Source: Acidobacteriota bacterium (GTDB taxonomy: Bacteria > Acidobacteriota > Terriglobia > Terriglobales > Acidobacteriaceae). From it: DNA of 64,000 nt. A model generated the notes under the pieces. That model was not told the origin of the DNA, did not search any database, and saw only the letters and a list, made by a program, of their open reading frames with translations. The number at the start of each line of letters is the position of its first letter. The first letter of the stretch is position 1. The position numbers were made by a program, and so were the translations under genes. This document shows, piece by piece, positions 20,201-29,800 of the stretch. The stretch spans positions 23,790 to 87,789 of the forward strand of contig QIBA01000056.1 in assembly GCA_003225175.1 (NCBI GenBank), given 5' to 3'.

Positions 20201-20848
20201 TGCAGCTTCTGCGCCGTCGATCATGTACAGATTATGGGCCACACGTTGACCGTTGAAAGCAACGTTCTGGTCGCCGCCCATCGGAGTCGGAACCTGAAAG
20301 TCTCCCTGCAGGCTACTCGCCCCCGGAGTGAGATTGACAATTGAGTAGAGGCTGCGGCCGTTGGTCTCGAGCTGCGTGATCTGCTCACCAGTGATCACGC
20401 TACTGACTTCGCCGCTGTCGGTCTTGACCGCAATGGAAGCCGCTTCGACTGTGATCGAGGTCTGAGTTGTGCCAACCTTCAGACCGAAATCGACGCGCCG
20501 GCGGTCTCCTACGTTCAGAACGACGCCGGTCGTATCGGCCAGACCGAAGCCGGCCGCCTGGACCTTGACATCATACGTGCCGATCGGAAGCGCGGTTGCC
20601 ACATACTGCCCGGCGTCATTGGTGGCAAGATTACGAACCTGCCCGGTCGCCATATTCGTGATTGTGATCGTGGCATTTGGGATGACAGCGCCTGAGCTGT
20701 CGCTGACCGTGCCAACCAGTGTGGCTTCCTGCGCGAGGGCCTGAGTTGCAAGTATTCCCAGAAACACACTGAGGGCGAGGAGAAGGTGCCTGCGGCGGGA
20801 CGTCGCGGCCTGAATAAGTCTCTCGGCATGCGTGGACGAAAGCTTCAT
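17267..20848 (-). CDS. TonB-dependent outer-membrane receptor with N-terminal carboxypeptidase-regulatory-like domain
   Basis: 1193 aa. Signal peptide, TVSDSSGAVIPNATITITNMATGQ...TNDAGQY (CarboxypepD_reg), plug and 22-strand barrel. C-terminal aromatic residue (…AKVIF). Confidence 0.9.
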   Translation of the reverse strand: MKLSSTHAERLIQAATSRRRHLLLALSVFLGILATQALAQEATLVGTVSDSSGAVIPNATITITNMATGQVRNLATNDAGQYVATALPIGTYDVKVQAAGFGLADTTGVVLNVGDRRRVDFGLKVGTTQTSITVEAASIAVKTDSGEVSSVITGEQITQLETNGRSLYSIVNLTPGASSLQGDFQVPTPMGGDQNVAFNGQRVAHNLYMIDGAEAADRGGSGAIVMPSIDAIAEFRQLTSNYSAEYGLSSSATVTSALKSGTRTLHASGWWFGRNDAFNARNFFTPRFNANGSENKMPKLRFNTYGFNVGGPVKFKSGSDPKTFFFYNMEWRDLIQGGALRTNVPFPSTYAGNMNEALNFGGVLNTGQTNLHVPNFSTLSSAQQAKFTAARLSSGQPFPNNTIAASLLDVNAQALLKAGIFPAPTSGRTFIGGADSPTNVKEELVRIDHTFNEKFSVFGHFIAEQILQTDIPTRWSGGANLPTVYDTFGNPSYSAVVHATNIISPTLLNEVAFNYGGNRINILPAGKYKLTDTGFSQHKLFGSTTDVTPIINLNAGGKTGSRYDANWWPWSNVADSYQIRDDLSWTRGTHQWKFGGGWLNFRKLQPLQTTTQGNFGFNGNFTGYDFADFLLGLSSGYSEAALKDDRNWNSVSWFGYVQDNWRATRRLTLNLGLRWDGIPHTAEINGQMSNFYPDLYNLANAPLFANANGTQICSGAGIPNSSCTAASPALATGPNPALNGLLQYANGLGVPGKTPGVTNGLVDNHWNNWGPRLGFAYDLTGHGTTVLRGGLGIMFERIQGNDMYQAGGNNLFGGSASLSNVSLSDPHIGVDQTNANISTATLPVTVNNLQELDAKHYKNPTSYQYSLGVQHQLGRQTVLSTSYVGNQNRYLSFRQELNLPNASLLPSFITNSTAASQYNRVVPFLGYKSINLNQNGANSNYNSLQVELRSKIRDLSLQGAYTWSRALDPTTGTGGDGFDLNNTSNPYLGWKNDWGPSIFDRTHVAFVNFIYNVPFFRSSSNALLKNTVGGWELSGIVTMESGAPLNLGVSGNNVCQTVQNCAVRPNQIGSISYPKTAATLSSGNNTIQWFDPSAFAINLIPGSTTAIFGNMRKNALRGPGRDNWNMALFKNIAFTERLHTELRFEAYNIWNHTQFRGDVNGGGVNSAIGGTDVGKITSAYDARTLQLGAKVIF

Positions 20849-20908
20849 TGCCAGCCTCCGGAATGGAGATTTTGTGCTTACGACATATCGACTAAAACCT
20901 TACAGATC

Positions 20909-20932
20909 AAAATCTAAATCGATTTAGATTTT
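20909..20932. promoter_or_regulatory. 24-bp perfect palindrome, putative LacI-family operator
   Basis: aaaatctaaatcgatttagatttt, ~60 bp upstream of the TonB-dependent receptor start and downstream of the LacI gene. Near-identical half-sites recur at 39737-39758. Confidence 0.6.
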
Positions 20933-21038
20933 CTCGGCTGGAAACTCTGGCATGGGCTGGGTATTGTTGTCAAATGTTTTTTGCGAAGCCATCTCTCTTT
21001 TATCGCAGCTGGCTCGGCGATGCGACGACGTGTGGATT

Positions 21039-22157
21039 CTACTCGCCGACGGCGTTGTGACCTTGCGAGTTACTGATTGGCGTCTTTTTTGCGCCGGCTG
21101 CCAAAGCGCGCGTCGATTCACGCACGACGAGCATAGGTTCCACCAGGATTTCACGGGACTTTTCTTCAGAATTTTCGATCCGCTTGATTAGCGTGCTGGC
21201 CGCCAGCTCACCCATCCGGATCAGCGGCTGGCGAATGGTCGTTAATCGGGGAACGTTGAAGGCGGCTTGGTCGATATCATCGAAGCCGATCACCGACACG
21301 TCTTTGGGAACCTTCAGGCCGGCATCGCGAAATGCCCGGATCGCTCCGATGGCTGAACCATCATTGAAAGCAACGAGCGCTGTGAAATCGCGTGAAGCCT
21401 TCAACAGCTCTTTGGCTGCATGGTATCCCAAATCGGCCATCGTGGTGTTATTGCACTCGGGATACTTGCCAAGACTGCGGGTCAATCTCGGCGCGATCGG
21501 GATCTTGAGGTCCGCGGCAGCTTTCTGCACGCTCTCCCAGCGATCGTCCGTATCGCCGTTGCCCTCAGGACCACGGAAGAATGCGATCGTACGATGTCCC
21601 AACGAGCGAAGATGCTTTAGAGCTAGACGGGCGGCGCGAGCGTTGTCGATGACGATACTGCTCACGTCGGGAGCTTCCGTGATGTCAGAAACCGCAACCA
21701 CGGGTACAGGTAGCCGCCGCCCGAGTGGAGTGTTGATAAAGATCATGCCCTCGACACCGCGATCCAACAGCGTGTCGGGCGATTTCTCAATCAGCTCCGG
21801 TGCGCCGCGGTGGCTGACAACGAAGTAGAAGTATCCCTGTTGTGCGAGACGTTTCTCAATGCCGCTAATCAGCGATGACGAAAATTCGTCGCCGATATCC
21901 GGGACCAGCACGGCGACACAGTAAGTGCGTTTTCCATGCAAGTACCGGGCAAAGACGTTGGGTCGGTAATTGAACTGCCGCACCGCCTCCCAAATTCGTT
22001 GCTTCGTCTTTTCTGCAATGGTGGCAGCCAGAGGAGAGTCGCTGATCACGACGGAGATGGTGGTGGGCGAGAGATCCAGATGTTTGGCGAGATGCTTGAG
22101 CGTTACTCGATCGCCGTTCCCATTACGGGAGGTAGAACTATGATTTCTTCCCGCCAT
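21039..22157 (-). CDS. LacI-family transcriptional regulator
   Basis: N-terminal HTH VTLKHLAKHLDLSPTTISVVIS plus a periplasmic-binding-protein-like sugar-binding core. Confidence 0.9.
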   Translation of the reverse strand: MAGRNHSSTSRNGNGDRVTLKHLAKHLDLSPTTISVVISDSPLAATIAEKTKQRIWEAVRQFNYRPNVFARYLHGKRTYCVAVLVPDIGDEFSSSLISGIEKRLAQQGYFYFVVSHRGAPELIEKSPDTLLDRGVEGMIFINTPLGRRLPVPVVAVSDITEAPDVSSIVIDNARAARLALKHLRSLGHRTIAFFRGPEGNGDTDDRWESVQKAAADLKIPIAPRLTRSLGKYPECNNTTMADLGYHAAKELLKASRDFTALVAFNDGSAIGAIRAFRDAGLKVPKDVSVIGFDDIDQAAFNVPRLTTIRQPLIRMGELAASTLIKRIENSEEKSREILVEPMLVVRESTRALAAGAKKTPISNSQGHNAVGE

Positions 22158-22311
22158 TGGCCTTGAGTCTTGGTTCCGAGAGTATCACGATTCGCAGCAT
22201 TAGCCTGACATGCAGAAGCCAATCAGGCAAGCATCGACGCATAATTGTGGGCCCTTTTGTCGCATATTCGAGCGATTTGACGCGCAGGCTATGGGAAGGT
22301 TCGAACATCTT

Positions 22312-23403
22312 TTACCGCATTCCAGAACCATGTCGTGAGAGTAGATCCAAAACCACGCCATAGGCCGGCTTGGGACGATACTGCTGGTCGAAGAGAGTAC
22401 CCGCTCCATATCCCGGGAAGGAGCGGGTAATCCAGGAGTGGGCATCGCTAAACCCCCATACCTGAATTGCCGTGCAGCCGCGCACTGCCAGACAAGCCCG
22501 AACGACGTTGCCGTATTGTTGCGCCTGCCGCTCCAGATCATGCGGATTGGCCTGTCCAGCGCTGTCCAAGGGGAGGCGTATGTCGAGTTCGGTAATTTGG
22601 ACCTCAAGTCCAAGATCCGTAAAGGCACGCATAGTCCTTTCGAGTCTTGCTAAAGCGGTCGAATCCAGAGCGAAATGACATTGGAATCCGATGCCATCAA
22701 TCGGCACGCCGCGTTTCTTGAAGTCGCGAGCCATGGCCAGAATCGCTTCGAATTTTGGACCACCGCCTTCGAATGCGTAGTCGTTGTAGAACAGCTTGGC
22801 CTTGGGATCAGCCGCGTGAGCGAGCACGAATGCGCGTTCGATGTAGCCGTACGGACCTTCGGCTCCGATTCCGGGTGAGTCATACCAGATCGTCGACCGG
22901 AGGCTACCATCTGGATGAAAAGCTTCATTGACTACGTCCCATGCATATACCGACCCGGCAAAGTGCTTAACCACCGTTTGTATGTGATCAGCCATGAGCT
23001 GCGAAAGTTCATTCCACGTCCAGTTTCCACTGCCGAGCCATTTCGGGACCGCCTGATGCCATAATAGAGTGTGGCCGCGAACTGCCATCTTGTTCTGTTG
23101 CGCAAAACGAACAAGTTCGTCGGCGGGCCCAAAATCAAATTGATCTCGCGCCGGGCGCAGTAAGGACCATTTCATTTCATTCTCGGGCTCAAGCTGATCG
23201 AACTCACGCGCCAGCGTCGTAGCATAGCGGCTGTCCTCGATGATGAAGCCCGGTCTGACGGCGCTTCCAAGATGTATCTTGGCGTGGGCAGCGTTGCGCA
23301 GAGTTCTCGTATCTGTAGAACTTCCGAGCAGGCAGACTACAGCGGCCACAGGTAAGACAAACATTTCGAGCTGACTCCTTCGTTCCTTTAGTTTGCAGCG
23401 CAA
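22312..23403 (-). CDS. GH10 endo-1,4-beta-xylanase, secreted
   Basis: Signal peptide. Catalytic motifs WDVVNEAF (acid/base) and ITELDIR (nucleophile). Confidence 0.9.
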   Translation of the reverse strand: MRCKLKERRSQLEMFVLPVAAVVCLLGSSTDTRTLRNAAHAKIHLGSAVRPGFIIEDSRYATTLAREFDQLEPENEMKWSLLRPARDQFDFGPADELVRFAQQNKMAVRGHTLLWHQAVPKWLGSGNWTWNELSQLMADHIQTVVKHFAGSVYAWDVVNEAFHPDGSLRSTIWYDSPGIGAEGPYGYIERAFVLAHAADPKAKLFYNDYAFEGGGPKFEAILAMARDFKKRGVPIDGIGFQCHFALDSTALARLERTMRAFTDLGLEVQITELDIRLPLDSAGQANPHDLERQAQQYGNVVRACLAVRGCTAIQVWGFSDAHSWITRSFPGYGAGTLFDQQYRPKPAYGVVLDLLSRHGSGMR

Positions 23404-23470
23404 ACTAGGTCTTGATCTTCTGCTCTGTCAAGTGTTTTACTGAACGGCCTTTGGAGGAACTCGTCCAATC

Positions 23471-26155
23471 GTGAGAAACCGACGATCTTTATCGATGGTG
23501 AACAGTCAGCTATTGGTTTTTCTACTCTCGCTCGTACAATGCTCCGCACTTTTCGCGCAACAATCTAACTCGGATTTCCCTTACAAGAATCCTGACCTGC
23601 CGATCGCACAGCGCGTTGATGACCTGATCTCTCGAATGACGCTCGAAGAGAAGGTCTCGCAGCTCGGCCACACCGCAGATGCCGTTCCCCGATTGGGAAT
23701 TCCTGAGTACAACTGGTGGAACGAAGGATTGCACGGCGTAGCGCGAGCTGGTAATGCCACCGTCTTTCCGCAGGCGATCGGCATGGCGGCTACCTTCGAC
23801 GAGTCCTTAATGCATCGCATCGGAAATGTTATTAGCACGGAATTTCGGGCGAAGTACTATCACGATCAGCATCCCGACGGCAGCACTGACTGGTATCGCG
23901 GTCTGAGCATCTGGTCTCCAAACATTAACATCTTTCGCGATCCACGCTGGGGGCGCGGCCAGGAAACTTACGGTGAAGATCCGTTCCTGACTTCCCGAAT
24001 GGGAATTGCATTTGTCACTGGTTTGCAGGGCGACGATCCCAAATACCTGAAAACAGTTGCCACTTCCAAGCACTTTGCTGTCCACAGCGGACCGGAGCCA
24101 ACTCGGCACAGTGTCGATGTTAAGGCCTCGCGTCATGATATGGAAGACACCTATCTTCCCGCATTCCGCGCAACCGTGGTCGAAGCCAAAGCGCAGTCGG
24201 TGATGTGCGCGTACAACTCACTCAACGGCCAGCCGGCCTGCGCGAACACCGATCTGCTCGAAGAGCACCTGCGGCACGATTGGGGTTTTCAAGGATACGT
24301 AGTCTCCGACTGCGGCGCGGTAACGGACATCTTCAACGGGCATCACTTCAGCAAATCCATGGAAGAAGGCGTGAGTGTGGCGCTCAAGACAGGCACCGAT
24401 CTTATCTGCGGCAATCCCCGCTCGCGCGTAAAGACTGAGCGCGACGCGATACTCCAAGCGGTTCAGCAGGGCCTGATGACTCAGGCCGATCTGGATCGTG
24501 CTCTGCGTCGATTGTTCTCAGCGCGTTTTCGTCTAGGCATGTTCGATCCTCCCTCGCTGGTGCCCTATTCCAACATTGCTTTTGAGGATAACGACAGCGA
24601 AGCTCATCGCCAGCTCGCGGTGCAAGCCGCGCGTGAATCGCTCGTCCTCCTGAAGAATCAGAACCACTTTCTGCCACTCGGGAAGCGGTACTCAACGATC
24701 GCAGTGATTGGTCCGGACGCAGATAATCTTGATGCCCTGGTCGGCAACTACAATGGAACGCCGTCCAGGCCGGTGACGATCCTCGAAGGCATTCGCCGCC
24801 GCTTTTCACAATCGAAGGTGATTTACGCAGAGGGAACAGGTCTTACTGGACCTGTGATGCATGCCATTCCTTCCGACGCTCTTTTCACTGACAATTCCCG
24901 AAGAGAGCATGGGCTTAAGGGAGAGTACTTCGCAAACGTCGAGTTGAAAGACGCGCCGGTCATGACTCGCACTGATAGCACGGTGAACTTCGCCTGGGGA
25001 GATCAGGGAATTTCGCCGCAGTTGCCGAAGAACTATTCCGTACGCTGGACCGGCGTTCTCGTTGCACCGCAAACTGGCGACTACCTGATCGGATTCGCTG
25101 GCCAGGACGGATTCCGTCTTTGGGTGGATGATCAGTTGATCGCGGAAGAATGGACGATTCATCATCCTGCCGACACATTGACGAAGCCGATGCACCTCGA
25201 GAAGGGCCACGCGTATAAGGTTAAGATCGAGTATTTCCAAACGATTCGCAGCGCTGAGGCGCGCTTTGTCTGGAGCATGCCGGGGCAAGACGGGAAGGAT
25301 GCTGTCGATGCCGCGCAGCAGGCCGATCTCGTCATCATGGTGCTCGGTCTCTCGCCACGCATTGAAGGCGAAGAGATGAACGTTCACACCGAAGGATTCG
25401 CCGGGGGAGATCGCACCAGCCTCGATCTACCTGCGCCGCAACAAAAGCTTCTTGAACGAATTCACGCGATCGGCAAGCCGATCATTCTGGTGCTCACGAG
25501 TGGAAGCGCGGTGGCCGTAAATTGGGCTGATCACTATATTCCCGCGATTCTTCAATCCTGGTATCCGGGAGGGGAAGGTGGAACGGCGGTCGCGGAGGCG
25601 ATTGCCGGAGACTTCAGTCCCAGCGGCCGGTTGCCGATAACGTTCTACAAATCGGTTCTTCAACTTCCGCCATTCGAGGACTACTCAATGGCCAACCGAA
25701 CCTACCGCTACTTTCGCGGCGACGCTCTGTATCCCTTCGGATACGGCCTGAGCTACACAACGTTCGCATATCGCAACCCGGAGGTCGACAAGCAGAGCAT
25801 CGCTGCCAATGAGTCGGTGACGATCTCCGTCGATATCGCCAACACCGGCCGGAGAGAAGGTGATGAGATCGCGCAACTATACATAACCCATAACGGGATT
25901 GCCGGAGCGCCTCTGCGTGCATTGCAAGGCTTTCAGCGTGTACATTTAGCGCCAGGCGAGCAAAACAGGGTTTCGTTTAGGCTGCGGGAGCGCGATTTGA
26001 GCGTTGTGGATCAAGATGGGAAACGCCGTATTATTCCCGGAAAGGTCAACGTGTGGATCGGTGGAGGACAACCCATAACGGTGCCGGGCAGGCCCCTGCC
26101 CCCTGGAGCGAGAGCGCAGTTCACAATCACGAGTGAAGCAACTTTGCCCGACTAA
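23471..26155 (+). CDS. GH3 beta-glucosidase/beta-xylosidase with inserted PA14 domain
   Basis: 894 aa. GH3 motifs KHFAVHSGPE and GYVVSDCGAV. PA14-like insertion GLKGEYFANVELKD...WTGVL. C-terminal Fn3-like domain. Confidence 0.9.
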   Translation: MRNRRSLSMVNSQLLVFLLSLVQCSALFAQQSNSDFPYKNPDLPIAQRVDDLISRMTLEEKVSQLGHTADAVPRLGIPEYNWWNEGLHGVARAGNATVFPQAIGMAATFDESLMHRIGNVISTEFRAKYYHDQHPDGSTDWYRGLSIWSPNINIFRDPRWGRGQETYGEDPFLTSRMGIAFVTGLQGDDPKYLKTVATSKHFAVHSGPEPTRHSVDVKASRHDMEDTYLPAFRATVVEAKAQSVMCAYNSLNGQPACANTDLLEEHLRHDWGFQGYVVSDCGAVTDIFNGHHFSKSMEEGVSVALKTGTDLICGNPRSRVKTERDAILQAVQQGLMTQADLDRALRRLFSARFRLGMFDPPSLVPYSNIAFEDNDSEAHRQLAVQAARESLVLLKNQNHFLPLGKRYSTIAVIGPDADNLDALVGNYNGTPSRPVTILEGIRRRFSQSKVIYAEGTGLTGPVMHAIPSDALFTDNSRREHGLKGEYFANVELKDAPVMTRTDSTVNFAWGDQGISPQLPKNYSVRWTGVLVAPQTGDYLIGFAGQDGFRLWVDDQLIAEEWTIHHPADTLTKPMHLEKGHAYKVKIEYFQTIRSAEARFVWSMPGQDGKDAVDAAQQADLVIMVLGLSPRIEGEEMNVHTEGFAGGDRTSLDLPAPQQKLLERIHAIGKPIILVLTSGSAVAVNWADHYIPAILQSWYPGGEGGTAVAEAIAGDFSPSGRLPITFYKSVLQLPPFEDYSMANRTYRYFRGDALYPFGYGLSYTTFAYRNPEVDKQSIAANESVTISVDIANTGRREGDEIAQLYITHNGIAGAPLRALQGFQRVHLAPGEQNRVSFRLRERDLSVVDQDGKRRIIPGKVNVWIGGGQPITVPGRPLPPGARAQFTITSEATLPD

Positions 26156-26451
26156 ATGGCCGACACATTGCCTCTGGAAAACACCGTGCTACTCTCTGCA
26201 GCTTCGAGCTGCACCAAGACGAACAGCGAATTAAACAGTGAATTTTTTCGCATCGGGACAGTAGAGCAACGGATAATTTCTCGCAACTCCCATTATGGCA
26301 ATCGATTGCAGCGACCTCAACTTCTTCGAGCACACGTCAGAACAGTGAATAACAGCGTATAAACAGCGAATTTTAAGATCGCAAATCCGTTGCTCGCCTT
26401 GCGCACTCTTCTCCCGGTCCCGGCAGCTTGGTTTCTATTCTGACAAAAAAA

Positions 26452-26489
26452 TTGAGGAGTTGCCAAGCGAGGGCTCACCTGGCAACTCC
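26452..26489 (-). terminator. Strong minus-strand terminator-like hairpin inside a long convergent intergenic region
   Basis: 12-bp perfect stem gaggagttgcca/tggcaactcctc, loop 14 nt, followed on the minus strand by TTTTTTT. Confidence 0.55.
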
Positions 26490-26764
26490 TCGGTAAGGGG
26501 TGCGTGCAAGACCCCTAAACCGAAGAAGCCGTTCCTGGAACTCAGGGACCTGCCGCCCGCCCCCGGCCGGGTGTCTGTCTTCGATACCAGAATCACCGGT
26601 CCTCTAAATAGAAATGTCTAACTTCACATCCTCATTCTCGTGACACTAGGCGAAAACCCGCGTGGGGGCTCAATGTAGTTCGATGTGCGGACAAACTAGC
26701 TAAGCCTAGAAGCCGTTACTCTCAGGTTTCTTGGGTTAGCTCTCGTGAATTGCAAAAGCTCTTT

Positions 26765-26797
26765 TCGTGGCTTGCGTTTCGCTGGTTTTCGAAACGC
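26765..26797 (-). terminator. Terminator hairpin 20 bp after the stop of the second TonB-dependent receptor
   Basis: 12-bp perfect stem gcttgcgtttcg/cgaaacgcaagc with an 8-nt loop. Confidence 0.6.
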
Positions 26798-26817
26798 AAG
26801 CTCCAATCGAGCCCCTG

Positions 26818-29800
26818 TTAGAAAATCACTCTAGCCGCCAGCCAGATTTGTCGAGCACCGTGATCTGGACCGAAGAAACCGCCCGGCTGCAGACCGCCGG
26901 TAATTGCACCGAACGTCGATGTTGGCGAGCCAGTGTTACACACGGCCCCCAGGGTCGCGTTAGCCGGACAATTGTTGGCCGTCGGGTTGGCGAAGTGAGG
27001 CGTGTTCGTGAAGTTGATCGCATCCGCTCGGAGTTGCACGGCGAAGCGCTCGGTCAACTTGATCTGACGAGCCAGGCTCAGGTTCATACCGAAATACCCC
27101 GGGCCACGGAACTCGTTACGGTTGGTGTTTCCGAGGTGAGCGTTAGCGTTGCTAGTGATAAGCGGCGCCGCGAACGCGCTCGGGTCGAAGTACCTGCAAC
27201 TCAAGTCGCTCAAGGCGCAAATGCCGTCGCGGTTGGGCTTGCCATTCAGAACAGTGAACTTGCCGACCAGGTCGCATGTTTGTGTGGATCCGACAGCATT
27301 CAAGGCGCCCGGGCAGTTGACGGTGAACGGCAGACCGGTGAGGTAGTTGATTAGCGGGCTGATCTGCCAACCGCCGAGGATAGCGTTGCCGATGCCCGTC
27401 TGCGCCCACCGTTCTCCCTTCCCAAACGGCAATTGCATGACGCCGTAGATGGAGATGTTGTGGGTACGGTCATACCCGGCTACCGCACGCCCCTTCTCCC
27501 AGTAGGCAGGGAACGCGAAAGCTACGCTGCCCAAATCATCATTGTCGGCGTAGTCGATTGCCTTCGACCATGTCCAGGACAGTCCGGCCATCGACCCATC
27601 GTGGAATCGCCGTGTGAGTTTGGTCTGCATCGAGTCGTAGAAGCTGTTCTTGAAAGGAACCAGCCCCGTGATGCCTCCGGTGATAGTCTTGCCCAGCGCC
27701 TGGCTCAACAGTCCACCTGCGTTGCCGGTGCCAGCGGGCGAAGCGTTCATGTTCAGTTGCACCAGAGGACGGATGCCACGCGCCCCAACGTAGCCAGTGT
27801 CGAGCACGAACCCCTTCCACTCTTGCTGCAGGGTGAAGTTGAAGTTGTGGATGTATCCGCGACGGAAGGGCTGGGGGATTGTAGTCGTACCGATGTTGAG
27901 AGGTAACGGGATGACACCGCTGCTGAGATCGGGAAGGGGCGTCAGCACGACGCCCGTTGGAAGTGTCTTGGCGCCGCTCGCGACTGTGGCATTCAAACCA
28001 GTAAGGCTTGTTACCGCAATAGCGTTGGAATTTCCAGTGATGTTGTCCACGAACACGTTTGCGGGATACGCGTTGCGGAAGTCGCGCCAGTTGTTGGAAT
28101 CGGCATTCATGCCGTAACCAGTACGGACCACGGTTGAAGAGGTTAGCCGATAGGCGAAGCCGACACGCGGCAGGAACTGCCCACTACCAACATCAACACC
28201 GTCATCCCGCGGAATATTGCCGTAGCCGCCGATCAGCACGTTCCCAGTCTTCAGATCGAGATAACGCAGTCCCTTGCCATTATCGCTGTATCCGAAGGGG
28301 TAGGCCTCCCAGCGGACTCCGAGTGTCGCTGTCAGCTTAGGCGTCACCTGCCACTGGTCGCGGAGGTACCAGGCCCATTGAGACCATCGCAGCGCGTTCG
28401 GATTCTGTAGTGCAATCGCCTTTCCGCTACGGTCCGACAGACCTAACATGAAATCGGCCCACTGATTAAACCAGGTAGCGGTAGTTCCGGTTAGGGAGGT
28501 GGACATGCCGTTGAAGTCAAAAGCTCCACGAGGCGTGTTGAAGGTGCCGACTTGCGGCTGGAAGTGATTCATCTGGGAGTGGTTCCACTCAATGCCGCCG
28601 CGGAATCCGTGTCTGCCACGCGTCCAACTCAGGTTGGCGCCGGTAACATAGCTGCCATCGCGGAAGACGAACGGGTTGGCAGGCTGCGCATTGCCGAGAT
28701 TCAGTCCGACGGGAAAGATGAACCCCGGAAGACCGAAATAAAGGCTTGGATTACCCAGGGTTCCCGCATCGTTCGTGCCGGGAATCCTCAGGTCATTCAG
28801 TCCCTTTGCCGAAGTGAGGTCGAAGGTGGAACCAAGCCGCAGACGGGTGAAACCGAAGTTCCAGTCCAGCAGCATGTTCGGACTAAACGTGTGTGTCGCG
28901 CCCAACCCTACGCTTTGAACCAAGCCCGGCGCATCGCCGAGCTGTCCACCGTTTGTGGCGTCCCCGACCGCTTCTCCCAGAAGAGGAGGATCAAAAACGA
29001 GGGTCTTCGAGAAGCTGTAGCGGCCAAAGACATTTGTCTTATCGCTCACAACATAATTGATTTTTCCGTCGGCGCTGTCGCGATTAAAGAGCGCCGTGCT
29101 GCTGCCGACGAAGTTGTTCGTGAGCGTCGATGTCGCGAATTCCTTCGCGATTTGTGGTTGCAATAGCTTGATCATCGCCGACGAAGCAGGGTCGATGCGA
29201 TTCGGACAGATCATGTTCGGAACGCCATTGCAGGAGATCTGCTGTTTTCCCGCGCCGGTCGCATCGCCGGTGGCCGGGTCATAAATAATCGGGTTCCCGG
29301 GCAGATTGCGGAAATCACCCGTCGCCATCGCAGCCGTGGGGAGTGTTCGCGTATCCGGCCCAGCCAACTGCCGCTGCGTGGTGCGCTCGTAATCGACGAA
29401 GAAGAACAGCTTATCTTTCTTAATGGGTCCGCCGAATTGGCCGCCAAACTGGTTCTGGTTGTTCCTGTTCTTCTTCGGGAACCTGATGGTGTTCGTCTGG
29501 AAATAGTCGCGCGCCGCAAAATTCTGGTCAAAATGGAACCAGTGGGCGGTGCCGTGAAATGAGTTCGTGCCCGACTTGATCTGCACGTTCATGGCGGCGC
29601 CGCCAGCCTGACCCTGCTCGGCGTCGAACGAGTTGGTCACCACGTTCACAGTCTCGATCGCGTCCGCTGGCGGGACATAGGCCACATTCGATGGAAGCCA
29701 GGGATAGATGTCCTGGGCACCGTCAATGCGCGTGTTGTTCGCCGTCTGTGACTGCCCATTTACGTTGGCGAAGATCGCACGCTGCGGGTTCCCGGCGAGC

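Noticed and set aside
26127-26362. Small ORFs 26127..26333 (-) and 26156..26362 (+) in the AT-rich intergenic region
   Set aside because: Mutually overlapping, no RBS, Cys/Ser-rich low-complexity products. The region is better explained by repeats/regulatory DNA
26450-26620. Considered SRP RNA, tmRNA, RNase P or 6S RNA in the hairpin-rich 26450-26620 segment
   Set aside because: None of the conserved signature sequences could be found by eye. These are tmRNA ends ggggctg.../...ctccacca, RNase P GGAAAGTCCGGGCTCC, and the SRP helix-8 motif. Kept only as a generic sRNA/terminator candidate
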